A stretch of DNA of 64,000 nucleotides from Octopus sinensis (lineage: Eukaryota), in assembly GCF_006345805.1 (NCBI RefSeq), contig NC_043015.1:23002001-23066000 (forward strand). Reading direction: 5' to 3'. The position numbers and the translations under genes are program-made. Shown here piece after piece: positions 28,326 through 40,299 of the stretch (its first letter is position 1; each line of letters opens with the position of its first letter). A model generated the notes under the pieces. The model had not been told where the DNA came from. It saw only the letters and a list, made by a program, of their open reading frames with translations, and ran no database searches.

Positions 28326-29238
28326 AGCTTAGAGAAGAAGAAGAAACGAAACGAAACCAAAGGAATCGAATCGAATCGACCCGAAGTCGCTCGGTCATAC
28401 AATAGTCATACAATAAAATATATGCAAACATATATGCACGTACCTACATCTACATGTATATATACATGCATATATAAATATATATACGTGTGTACAGGAC
28501 ACCACAAATAGACGTAGAACTCAACGAGAAACGAAAACGTAAAAACAGCATGGAACGGACTATTTTTTTAACAACGAAAAAACAGAGTACAAGACAACGG
28601 CACAAGGAAAAATCCCCTTCATCTGCTGTCCCTAGTTCAACTCTAGCGTGAGAACAGAACACATCTCGTGGAACTAGTCCTTCCTGCGAAATAATTAAAT
28701 AAAATTTCTTTGCAGAAGGGTAAAACAAGGAAAAAAATGTGACAAAAACAGGACGTAAAAACAATAGAATTAAAAACAAATACAAAATAAAGATATATAT
28801 ATAATATTTTCGGACTAATGGGTATATTTAGATTAGTGTGTTGAAGCTGTTAGTAGAGCACTAGCACAGTTAGTGCTACCTGGTGTCATCTCGTTAATTA
28901 AGAAGTTGCTATTATATATGTATATATATATATACATACATACATTTAGAAGGGAAAATAAGCACATTTACATATAATATAATTTAATATAATTTTTAAT
29001 ATATCGACAGGTTTTGCTATCGCTATTCATGATATTATGTTTTACTTATTTGAATATGCATTTTTTCTTAAGAAGAAATTTTGTACATGTTGTGTGTGAT
29101 GATATTTACGAGTGAATTACTTCACAAGCAGAGAAATAAGGGGAGATAATTGGTTATCGTTATTATTTTTATTTTTATGGGTAAGGGAGATAACTGTTCA
29201 GCTTTCGGTAATGGGAGGGGAATATATATGTACAGACA

Positions 29239-29301
<63 letters not shown>

Positions 29302-29365
29302 AGTAATAGTATTACAACAATATAATGAATGAGACCGCGATATTATGTAAGTAGAGGAATTTAAC

Positions 29366-29599
29366 TGCAATATAATATGTGAAAATTATTCCGTTGCTAT
29401 AATAAAAATCCGAGTTTTGGATGTTGGGGCGCAAAACTGCTCCGGCATGTCGCCATTCATCGATGCAATCAAAAAGATTTTCATAGTATTTCTCGATTGC
29501 CTCAATAACTGACAAGATGCCGGAGCAGTTTTCCGCCCCGATATCCGAAACTCAGAGTCTTATTATGGCAACCAAATAAATGTCACATATTATATCGCA
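29366..29599. mobile_element. Fold-back element (MITE-like) with ~110-bp ungapped inverted arms and a ~13-bp spacer
   Basis: 29366-29475 versus the reverse complement of 29489-29599 aligns without gaps at roughly 80% identity, including GGGGCGCAAAACTGCTCCGGCAT / ATGCCGGAGCAGTTTTCCGCCCC. Confidence 0.88.
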
Positions 29600-29606
29600 T
29601 TATTGC

Positions 29607-29637
<31 letters not shown>

Positions 29638-30689
29638 GAGAGTTTACAATTTAAAAGAAAAAAACTAGGGGAATAATTAGAAGATAGCTAAACGTTGCTT
29701 AAGTGTTCCAGGATTTAAATCCGGAATCGTAAATCGTCGTATTTAGTAGTAAATAGGAAGAGTGAATAAGGACATAAACTCTCGGGATGTTGTTAGACCA
29801 TATATATCTTGAATTTGTCAACATATGTTTCGATGGATTCACTCCAAAATTCCTGACAGTGTAAACCATGGTCAGCAATTCACCAATCTTATGAAGAAGG
29901 CTATTGAATAAGGAGACGAAGTCTCGGCATATTGTTAAATCCTTTGTCTTGAAATTCTTCTAATATCTATCGACGGATGCACTCCAAAATGTGTGTGTGT
30001 GTATGTGTTTGTATGCGTGTGTGCGGCGTATGTGTGCATAAATGCATCTATATAGATTCTCTTAACTCATATAGTATATTCTTAATTATATATTCTGTAT
30101 CACTGGGCATGTGATAGATACACAATACTTAATCTATAAGTGTGCGTTTTGGATTGATGTTCATTGCGGCAACATATTTTCAGGTTAAAATTTTTTTACG
30201 TCTGGAAAGAGTAACCCTTGTCTCCAAGTAAATTATCACCATTTCAAAATCATCAGTTTGTTACATGAGATTTGAAGAAACAACAATTACATAAAATTTG
30301 AAGCTATTGAAGCAATATTTGATAAAGGAACATCTTTAGAAATGTGTTAATATGAAATCTTGAGAGAAAGTAAACCTGAAGGTTATCATATTTTATGATT
30401 TCTACATCGAATGTTATATATTTACAAGAGAAACCTTGAAAGTAAATTAAAATAATATTTTGTATCAAACACAATGGAATAAATAGGATAAATATTTTTA
30501 GAAGATTAAGAAACGCACAAACTCGCATTAAGATTGTTATCGATGTCATCATCATCATCATTTTCATCATCGTCGTCGTGGTCGTCATCATCGATGTTTT
30601 TGTTATCATTAGTATTGTTATCATTGAGTCAAACAGCAGCACATGCCATTGAAGTGGTTCTAGGGTATAAGCGAAGGCCAAAACACCGT

Positions 30690-31152
30690 TTATGACTACC
30701 TATCAGATATGTGCTACACCGCGAAGATGCATCACATTCATGTATGCGTGGCATGGTGATCTCTTATCAAGATAAACAGCCTATCACCTTGCCGGAGAGA
30801 CTCAGAATATACTTCAGCCGACTATCTCATCCCGCAAAAATCCCTTAATAAGACGGAGCATCCATGTTTCCAAAGGTGAATTATTCAAAATCCAAAGAAA
30901 TCCTCTAAGCACATGGCTATGATGTACCCCCACTACTCCTGCTTGTGATTCGATATGCAAATATCGTCAGCCACAGAGGGTCATACTCAACTAGTTGAAG
31001 TCAACCAAGTGACAAACAAATCTGTGGTATTGAGCAGAGTATTTGCTGAAGCTCTTCATGTACACTATGAAAAACACATGTACATGATAACACATCCTTC
31101 CATTTAAGATGAGAAGCCATAAGAGTCACTGATTGGTATTGCGTCAGAGCAT
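30690..31152 (-). mobile_element. Older decayed copy of the non-coding element at 31932-32490
   Basis: Colinear shared motifs ATCAAGATAAA, CATGTTTCCAAAGGTGAATTA, ATATCGTCAGCCAC, CAAATCTGTGGTATTGAGCA, AGAAGCCAT. Confidence 0.85.
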
Positions 31153-31199
31153 GAATGTTGCTGTCATTGTTGTTATCATTATTATCATTATTTTTATTT

Positions 31200-31740
31200 T
31201 GTCTATTATGAAAAAATGTCGGATAGATCTTAATTACCGGGCTTGAAATCAGGCAATAACAAATCACCATAGGTTTCATGATTGCGTTCTCCTATGACTC
31301 AAAGAGGCAACACTATCCTTAGAATGCGAGCTGTACCCAACAATGTCGTCTTCTGGATGACCTCGAGCCTGAGAGCAGCTCCAATATTCTTAATATGTTT
31401 TTCAAAGCCTAATGCTCCAATTATCACCGCTATCACCATTATTTCCCTCCGCGCTATCACCATTAATTCCCCATGTCACATAACTTTCCTATCTCGTCCG
31501 CATTGGGTGGTATTTCTCAATCTTTTCTATTTCCTTAATTTTCACCCTCGAAATGCCTGCTATTGTAACATCGATTAACTTTACTTATTTTCTAATTTTT
31601 ATAGAATAGATAGATATATGGTCGTCCCGCCTCTATGACATGGTAGCACTGCATGTTAAAATCCCAGAGTATTTTCTATTGTTCATTTCTTATTACTCCA
31701 TCTGGCTTCAGTTCATACCATTGTTTGGCTCTCTAGAGTA
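31200..31740 (-). pseudogene. Dong/R4-clade non-LTR retrotransposon 3' fragment (second family)
   Basis: RAKQWYELKPDGVIRNEQ*KILWDFNMQCYHVIEAGRPYI ... IIGALG...IQKTTLLGTARILRIV, homologous to the RLE domain at 32746-33170; 3' UTR runs into TAA-like repeats. Confidence 0.85.
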
Positions 31741-31789
31741 GAAAGGATAGTAGAAAGGATTATTGTTGTTGTTATTATTATCATTATTA

Positions 31790-31891
<102 letters not shown>

Positions 31892-31931
31892 GTTGTTGTT
31901 GTTGTTATTATCATTATTATTATTATTATTA

Positions 31932-32490
31932 TTGAGTGAGAGAGCAGTGCATGCCATCAAAGTGACACTGGGGTAAAATATACGAAGCCCAGTATACCCA
32001 TCATGACTACCCGTCTGATAAGGATACACTAGGCACATGCATCACAACCATATGTGCGCGACGTGGTGATTTCATATCAAGATAAATAGCACATGACCTT
32101 ACAGGTGGGGGCCCAGTTAGAATTTTCTTCTGATCAAGTAACTAATATCGCTCAAAAGGTCCCTGAATAAGGGTTGTTTAAGGATGTTGAAGGAAACACA
32201 CATGTTTCCAAAGGTGAATTATCCAATCCTCTAAGAATTCTTTTCAACACACGGTTATGATGCTCCCCCACTACTTCTGCTCGTGATCAGAGATGCACAT
32301 ATCGTCAGCCACTAAGGGACATGCTCATCTGGTTAAAGTCAAACAACCGAGAAGCAAATCTGTGGTATTGAGCACAATATTTGCTGTAGCCCATCTTTTA
32401 TACCAAGACAAAACAATGTACATGAAAACACTTCCAATCAGTTAAGATCAGAAGCCATGAGAGCCACTGTCTGGTACTGCATCAGGGCAT
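31932..32490 (-). mobile_element. Non-coding, non-autonomous element (~560 bp) inserted in (TAA)n
   Basis: Three copies in the window; flanked on both sides by (TAA)n; no meaningful ORF; no recognisable tRNA head. Confidence 0.8.
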
Positions 32491-32517
32491 TTATTATTAT
32501 TATTATTGCTGTTGTTG

Positions 32518-32588
<71 letters not shown>

Positions 32589-35500
32589 GTCATTTACCTT
32601 TAATCTGCATGTTTGATGCAATCCCTTCCCGGGGCACACCCAGCGACCTAGGGCAAGTGAAGGTTAAGAGTTGTTGAAATATATTGCTGAAAGCTTGTGG
32701 ATGGGGAAGTAGAGAAATATCTCCATGTAATACAAACACAAACATTTACATTGATAGGGTTTTTCTAAGGATGTGGGCAGTACTTGTTAGCACAGTCTTC
32801 TGGATTTCCTTGAGACATGGTTCTCCAGGGATATTGTCTAGGTGTTTCTGACATCCCTTTTTTATCATACCTAGGGCACCTACAATAACAGGAACAGTTT
32901 TTGTTTTAAGATTCCACATCTTTTGTATTTCGATTTCCAGGTCCTTATATTTACTAAGTTTGTCAAATTCCTTCACAGATACATTTTTATCAGTGGGGAC
33001 GCTTACATCTATTAGTTTGCAGGTATTTTCTTCCCTGTCTTTAACAATTATGTCTGGTCGATTAGCCTTGATCGTTCTGTCAGTGTTGACTGGAAAATCC
33101 CAGAGGATGGTGACATTTTTACCTTCAACAACTGGCTGAGGATGGTGTTCATACCAGTTAGCAGGAGTGCCGAATTTGTAGTGTTTACATATCTTCCAAT
33201 GTATATACTGTCCTACCCTATCGTGGCGATTTTTGTATTCGTTTGGTGTCAGCACAGGACATCCCGAAACGAGATGGTCTATTGTTTCGTCAAATGTGTC
33301 GCAGAATCTGCATTTAGGGTCAGTACCGTTTCGGAGAACGTTAGCCTGGTAATTTCTGGTAAACAAGCTTTGATCTTGTGCTGCCAGTATGAAGCCTTCA
33401 GTCTCTGCTTTCAATCCAGAACTCTTCAGCCACTGATGGGTTGTTGCTTGGTCTACATCAGCATTTTGGCTTCGGAGAATATATTGTCCATTCAGGTGCT
33501 TTTGGCTCCACTGCCTCTCAATTTGATTCTGCCCGTTCTTTTTTGCAGTCTGCTTGATTCGCTTTGCTTGCTTGGTAGCAGTGGTTTCCGGCTCTTCATC
33601 TGATTCAAGGTTAATGTCTAGTTCCCTTTCGAACTTATAAGCTTCCTCGACAATAGAATGCAGCTTTTTGCTGCTTTCGTGTTCGCACACAGTCGCAGCA
33701 TCCAGTCCTTTGTACTAGATAGGTACCTGTTCATTCCTATAGTAGAGGTCTTATAGCACAGCTATAATTGCATCATTCCTCTCCCCCCGCTGCTTCTAGG
33801 TAGGTACAGGCGGTCTACATCTGCCTTAGGGTGGTGCATGCTCTTAGATGTCAGTAATTTTCTTGTCTTCCTGTCCAAGCGTTGGAGTTCCGTAAGGTTC
33901 CAGTTAATGATGTTAAAACTGTACTGGACTACTGGAAGTGCCAGGGTGTTAATGGCCTCAATGCAATTTTTGGAGTTGAGTTCAGTCTTCAGTAGAAGCC
34001 TTATTCTCCTATAGTATTCCTTTCTTATTTTTTCCTTCATAGTAGCATGATGTATACCATCTCCTTCGTTGATTCCTAGGTATTTGTAACTTTCTTGTGG
34101 GTCAAGTTCCTTGATGGTAGTGTCAATATCTAATTTAACAGAAGGCCTCTTACAAAAGTTGCTTTATCACACTTTTCAAGGCCAAAATCCATTCCGATAT
34201 CATTGCTAAACTCTTTAACAGTTGTTAGCAGCCGTTCTAGGTCTTGGTCATTCCTGGCAAACAGCTTTAGGTAGTCCATATAGAAAAGGTGGTTTATTGA
34301 GTTACTAAAAACTTTGTACCCATATCTGGTACTATCCAATTCGTTTGAGAGTGGGATCAGTGCCATGCAAAAAAGTAATGGAGAGAGGGAGTCACCTTGA
34401 AAGATGCCTCGTTTGATGTTGATGCTGTTGGACTGGCTCATTCCATTACTATGGCTTAGAAAGAGACGTGTGTTCCACATGGTCATGCTATTCTCTAAGA
34501 ATTTTGAGACGACAGGAGAGATCTTGTATATCTCAAGGGCCTTGAGTATCCATTTATGTGGGACACTGTCATACGCTTTCCTGCAGTCTATCCATGCCAT
34601 ACTCAGGTTTTTGTTTTTGCTCCGGCAATTCTCTACAATCATTCTGTTTATGAGCAATTGGTCTTTGCACCCATAAGAGTTTCTTTTACAACCTTTTTGA
34701 GCTTGTGGAAGGATAGAGTTTTGTTCAAGGAAAGCGTACATTCTCTCAGTTATTATGGATGTGAGGATTTTGTAGGTGGTGTTGAGACATGTTATTGGCC
34801 GGTAATTCTTTGGGTTTTTTGTGTCTTCGGTTTTAGGTAATAGGTAGGTGGTTCCTTCAGTCAGCCAAGCAGGTATTTGCTCTGGGTTCTGAATGACATC
34901 AAACAGAGCTGCAGCGGGATTTTCGTGTACCTCTGTCAAACAATTCAGCCAGAAGTTAGGGATCCGATCCAGTCCTGGGGATTTCCATTTATGAGCCTTC
35001 CTAAGGACACACCTTAGCTCCTCTATTCCTATTGCTTCCCATTTCTGTTCTTCAAGTTCATCCAGTCTCTCTTTCTCACGTTCTATCCAGTCTTCTAGAA
35101 CTTCTCCACTTCCTCAATCTTAGGTGGATCTTCTATGTGTATTTTATTTTTGCCAATTTCCCTATAAAATTTCTTTGCATCTATCTTAAAAAATTTATTT
35201 TGTCGACAAAATTTGTTTCTTTTGTCATACTTTCTAAGCCGTTGGGCTTTCAACTGTATCCGTTGTTTCAACAGTTCCTTAGTTGCAGGGAGGTTTATGA
35301 GATCTTTGATTTTATATTTTTGCTTGATTTTTCTAGCTTTTCTCGACTTAATATTCACTCCTCTAGCAAGCTCATCGAGAACTGAAACATCCGCCCGCAG
35401 AGATTCAATCTCTTTTTGTATCGCTACTTTCCACTTAGGAGGTTCATTGACATGCCTGGCCTTTTTCTTTGTCATCTTAATAACTAGTTGGGTAGTTACT

Positions 35501-36047
35501 ACTTTAGCAGTGGAATAGATGAGATTATGTAAGGTTGTCAGATCATTCCCTTTATTTCTTAACATCTGTCGAAGGGCAACGTTATATGTCATGATTGTGT
35601 TGTTATTTCTTGTGCCGTTTGAAAACTTTGGTAGCGGTTCTCTATTAACCATGTCAGTGAGCTCAATCTTGCCGAGTTCTCTCATAATGTCCACTTTTGC
35701 TTCCATAATCTTTTCTCTATTATGCACCTCAAATTCTATGTCATATCTATTTTGGTTTTCTTGAGGAAGGTCTACGTTCTCCTCTTTTTTCAAATCTCTC
35801 GTCTTCGCTATTCTTTGTTCAACTTCCCCACTGGGAAGTTGATTTGCCGCTTGTACACTGGCTTACCTATTTCGTCTACATTGTTGCTGTTTTCGTTTGG
35901 TCTACCATGAGCTATTAGTGTCCTAATTTTGTCAATTTCAGCGTCAGTTAGTCTTTTGTTTATAATTATATCTCTGCGTACATTACTTAATTTATTTGCG
36001 TCAATATATATACGTACGTCATTGCCTACTGAATTTCTCCATGAGAT
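32589..36047 (-). mobile_element. Dong/R4-clade non-LTR retrotransposon (RT + CCHC + restriction-like endonuclease), 5'-truncated and disrupted
   Basis: ORF pieces 35095-35793, 34130-34939, 33762-34040, 32746-33690: NYRPITCL, KAYDSVPH, GIFQGDSLSPLLF, HLFYMDY (YMDD mutated), CRFC..ETIDHLVSGC, RHDRV, ILWDF, RPDIIV..IDVSVP..K..KY; flanked by (TAA)n on both sides. Confidence 0.93.
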
Positions 36048-36091
36048 GTGTGTTTGTACACTGAGGTTATTATGTATGTTTGTACACTGAG

Positions 36092-36193
<102 letters not shown>

Positions 36194-36247
36194 ATTCTTA
36201 TTCTTATTCTTATTATTATTATTAATATTATTATTATTATTATTATA

Positions 36248-37157
36248 AACATCGCAGAGTATACAATAACGTGAGGTTGTTGATTGAAGATATTGTGTCT
36301 ACTGGGAGTTTGGACAGTTTGTCAAGTTACAAGTATCTTACACAGTACTTTACGCAATATGCGTGTGGCGACTGATGCAATACATCTAGATTGTAGGGTA
36401 TTTCAAATTTTTTCAGATGTCATTTGCCCTTGTTCTTGTCTGGCAAGGCTTGTTCATAGCACTGGTTGTTCAAGGCTTGTTCATGGCCATTTGGTTCATG
36501 TGAGCAGACCATATGCGTTTGCGAAGCACGCTGCATAATTTGACCAGTACAAGGACTATGTCTTTTAGTATGGCTAATAGTCGTTGAATTACGACCAGGC
36601 CCACCCTGCGGCACAGGAGGGACATATGCCGGGTACGGCACCTTCACCATTGGTGCTAGTCCCGTTCACACCATTATTGTCATTCATGTTTCTTGACGTT
36701 TTCACTCAGTAATGGGGTGTAAGTTTAGGTTACTACCAAGCGCTATTATATTTTTCGAGACACCATCTCTATCAAGTTAGTCTGCCAAGGTGGCACAGTC
36801 TTTGTTCCTCCTAGTTTTGGCATAGAGTGTTCCTTCTCTTAGGCTGCTTGCCACACAAGGGTAACGAGAGCCTACCCGAGGACAATTTATTTCGAGCCGA
36901 GTTCGACTGTCAGGGGACAGGTTGTGACCACTGTGACTAAAGAGTCTAATCTACCCCAGTTGTTGAATCAGAGTATTCCGCCTCCAAGACAGACTTTCAA
37001 ACAAGGCTCACGAGTCCTGTCTACCTGTTTTTGGAATGGCCATTCACTTTTTTAAGTTCATCTGCCCTTTGCCGGGTTTTGTTTTTAATCCCGCAGGGTT
37101 TCGAAAACCCGGCCTCCTCAACAAGCAGGCTTAGTGGGGTTGCCGGTTTAGTCGCCG
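36248..37157 (-). mobile_element. Internally deleted Dong/R4-like element (structured 5' region joined to the extreme 3' end)
   Basis: Begins right after (TAA)n with a GC-richer structured 5' region; ends with EIPYNLDVL..ATRILRKVL (compare TAHILRKTL at 32750), a short 3' UTR and (TAA)n. Confidence 0.65.
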
Positions 37158-37231
<74 letters not shown>

Positions 37232-37262
37232 CATTATTATTGCTATTGTTGTTCTTGTTGTC

Positions 37263-37306
<44 letters not shown>

Positions 37307-37332
37307 CAGCAGCAGCAGCAGCAGCAGCAGCC

Positions 37333-37404
<72 letters not shown>

Positions 37405-37455
37405 ATTGCTGCAGCAACAGCAGCTCTAGTAGTATTACTATTTCTAGTATTATTA
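37158..37455. repeat. Compound (TTA)n-(GTA)n-(GCA)n-(GTA)n microsatellite
   Basis: Direct reading. Confidence 0.95.
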
Positions 37456-39127
37456 TGAAGGCGCTGAAATGACAACCGTCGGTTCGTCGTACAAACTGTA
37501 AGGCAACATTTGCCAAGCTTATCGTTCTCAATCAAAATTCAATTATTCATTGCAGGCTTTTCAGTTTCAAGCTTTAGCGAAGAAAAAAAGAGAAGAATTT
37601 CGACAGTATCACGTAGTTAATTTAATGAGATTTTCGGGTACTCTCCCCATTAATTCTATTATCAAAAAAAGGAGATATCCCTAAACAATGCGGTGGGAAT
37701 ATACTTTCCAGCCTGCCATTTACTTTTTACATACATTACGTAGGGAAACGAGCAGACTTTTTTATCATACACTCCTGGTATGTTTCCGTACTAACAGCGT
37801 AATGCACGTGGGTGTTCTATTATCTGTCGTTAGAGATTTCCACTACCATGTTAGTCCTGGATTAAATTAACATGAAACCTTTCTTGATAGGATATAATTC
37901 CATGCTAATCTACACAAATGTTAGCGTATACAAAGCTCAATATGTTCTCGGCAGATGGAGTACATGGATACATCCTCAGTTTCGGATGTTAAAAAAGACA
38001 TCCTTATCCACGAGAACACAACCTAAATTGATCGAGCTTAGGTCTGTATCCAAGAGACATTTTACTGACCCTCCAACAATGACCTCTTTTCAGTAGAGCC
38101 ATTTTACTGTTGTCTCAGTAATCTCGTTATACTTGGCGGCCCTTCTACTAACCGTTCATGCAATGCACAGACTTTCATATGATTTACTCAGAGTAAATTT
38201 CTGGGAACAGTAGCATTTCAACGTAGTGGACAGACACGAAGCTGTAGGCTGGGCCTGCTTACCATCTTTAGGAGACACTGGATTATACGAGGAACTTTTC
38301 AGATACAATTTGCATTTGATAACGATGTAGCAAAGAATGAATGGATGAAAAGTAGATTTAAAGAAAATACTCTGTATCCATATTCCATTTCCAGTCAACG
38401 CCTATTCTTCTCTCTTTTATTCCCAGTGCATTGGGCTCTATCCAATTTACTCTATCTAATTCATTTTACGTAATTTCATAACTCTTTTACGTAAATCTAA
38501 AGTCTGTGTGGACTATAGTGCATCTACCATTCCACGCATCCAATACATAACATTTTTGTGTTCATACACCTGTTACCAAATATGTCCATTCTTTTTTAAA
38601 CACTGAAACACTAAACCTCAGAAATACTACACTTCTGTATTCGTTTCATCTACATCTCCAGAAAACATTTTATTGCATGAAATATGAAGCATGACATTGT
38701 TCTATAGTCATTATGTATCCCAGAGTAGCTGATGGATTTATCGAGAATCGTAGAGACCTTCGAAACATCAACGACCACTTTTCAACCACAATTACTCCGC
38801 TTGACGAATATCTGTACCTGATCTTGCATTCTATATCGACGCTGGGATCTGCCGCGTCCGGTGTAAAATACTCATCATCCAACTTGAAAATTTCGAAATA
38901 GACGAAACGAATTATCGACATCGTATTGTATAACGGCACACAACATACACATAAACTCACATGTAATCGCATACACACACACACACACACACAGAGAAAC
39001 ACACGTATACCACACATGCACATAAACAAATACACACATACATAACAGAACTTGACTTGTGACACGAACACAAGCTATATCAGTACATTCACATGTAATA
39101 TATGCGCATATGAAAGAAAATGGCAGC

Positions 39128-39290
39128 AGGCGCAGGCACGTTTTAGAGGCACAACCTTGAGTGTGTTGCAAAAACTTTGCTTGGTTCCGGGTTCAGTCCC
39201 ACTGCATGGCAGTTTTGTTTCCTACTATAGCTTCGGGCCCACAAGGACTTGGAGCGGACATGGAAGGCAGAAAATAAAATAGGCCCGTAC
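39128..39290 (+). mobile_element. SINE family D, 5' part
   Basis: GGCGCAGG...GGTTCCGGGTTCAGTCCCACTGCATGGCA...TACTATAGCTTCGGGCC. Confidence 0.7.
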
Positions 39291-39299
39291 ATATGTATG

Positions 39300-39397
<98 letters not shown>

Positions 39398-39873
39398 AAA
39401 AAATGAGGTTCGAAAATGCTGCTGTATTATACAATTTTAAATTTTTATATATACATTATAACATGTTTCAGTTCCTGAAATGAACTTTATCAAAAAAAGT
39501 TATATATAAAAAAAGACAGCTCATGCCGTCAAACACAAGAAATTCATTTATAATACACAACGGAGTCAGACATCTTAGAGTTCATGTATAGTTGATATAT
39601 AGTTCACGTATAGTTGATATATAGTTTGAAGTATATGTTCAAAGTGTTCGATGCAGTGGCCCACGGTGGCGATACGTATTCAATACAAAAAACAGATCAA
39701 AGTGGTGGAAAGCGGTCAATACAGAAGATTGATGTTTCCGAAAGAGCGAGGAATTCATTTTTACCTTAAGCAAATGTGATGACCCATGGTGGATGTTCGC
39801 TGGGTGGTTCTAATGAGTTTTTGTGAAGTGCTCGGTTTTATAATTCCTGTTAGGTGGTCAATCCAGCGTAGCG

Positions 39874-40299
39874 TGACGTCATCAATGTTTTGACCAATCG
39901 TTTCGTTAGGTGGCTTTAGTCAAGTAGAACGAGACGTCATCATTATTTTGACCAATCGCTGCATTATAACTGCCTCTTGTTTGTTTCCTGTTTTGACCAG
40001 TCGCTTCGTTAGTCAAGTAGAACGGGACGTCATCATTATTTTGACCAATCGCTGCATTATAACTGCCTCTTGTTTGTTTCCTGTTTTGACCAGTCGCTTC
40101 GTTAGTCAAGCAGAACGGGACGTCATGCAGATTCTGCCCAATCACGACTTATAGCTACATTAGATCTGCCCCCTGTCTGTACTTGTCTGGTGACTATTCA
40201 AGCAGAAAAGGACGTCATCAATATTCTGACTAATGACTGTCCCCTGTTTGTATCCTGTCCATTCTAGCTGAGCTAGACGTCATCAACTTGTTGACCAAT
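39874..40299. promoter_or_regulatory. Six GACGTCA-N12-CCAAT composite motifs (CRE/ATF-like plus NF-Y-like), candidate element promoter or enhancer
   Basis: GACGTCA at 39875, 39933, 40026, 40119, 40211 and 40276, each followed 12 nt later by CCAAT (CTAAT in the fifth). Confidence 0.55.
39918..40128. repeat. 93-bp tandem repeat (~2.3 copies) inside the PLE 3' UTR
   Basis: AGTCAAG.AGAACG.GACGTCAT starts at 39918, 40011 and 40104. Confidence 0.92.

Noticed and set aside
33142-35910. Plus-strand ORFs overlapping the Dong element (likewise 20608-21536, 40779-41075, 59386-60930)
   Set aside because: Antisense shadows of transposon coding sequence.
38725-38775. CTGATGG...CGAAACATC hammerhead-like spacing (also CTGATGA...GAAACAT at ~19080-19125)
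   Set aside because: No convincing stem II and only single copies; may be decayed PLE termini but cannot be supported.
38818-38882. Possible 65-nt minus-strand exon (TTTTCAAG|LDDEYFTPDAADPSVDIECKI|GTACAG)
   Set aside because: Splice signals are only moderate, the peptide is unrecognised and no partner exons were found; RNA-seq would be needed.
39918-40128. 93-bp repeat as a CRISPR-like array or coding repeat
   Set aside because: Whole units are duplicated with no unique spacers, no cas genes are present, and the context is a eukaryotic retroelement UTR.
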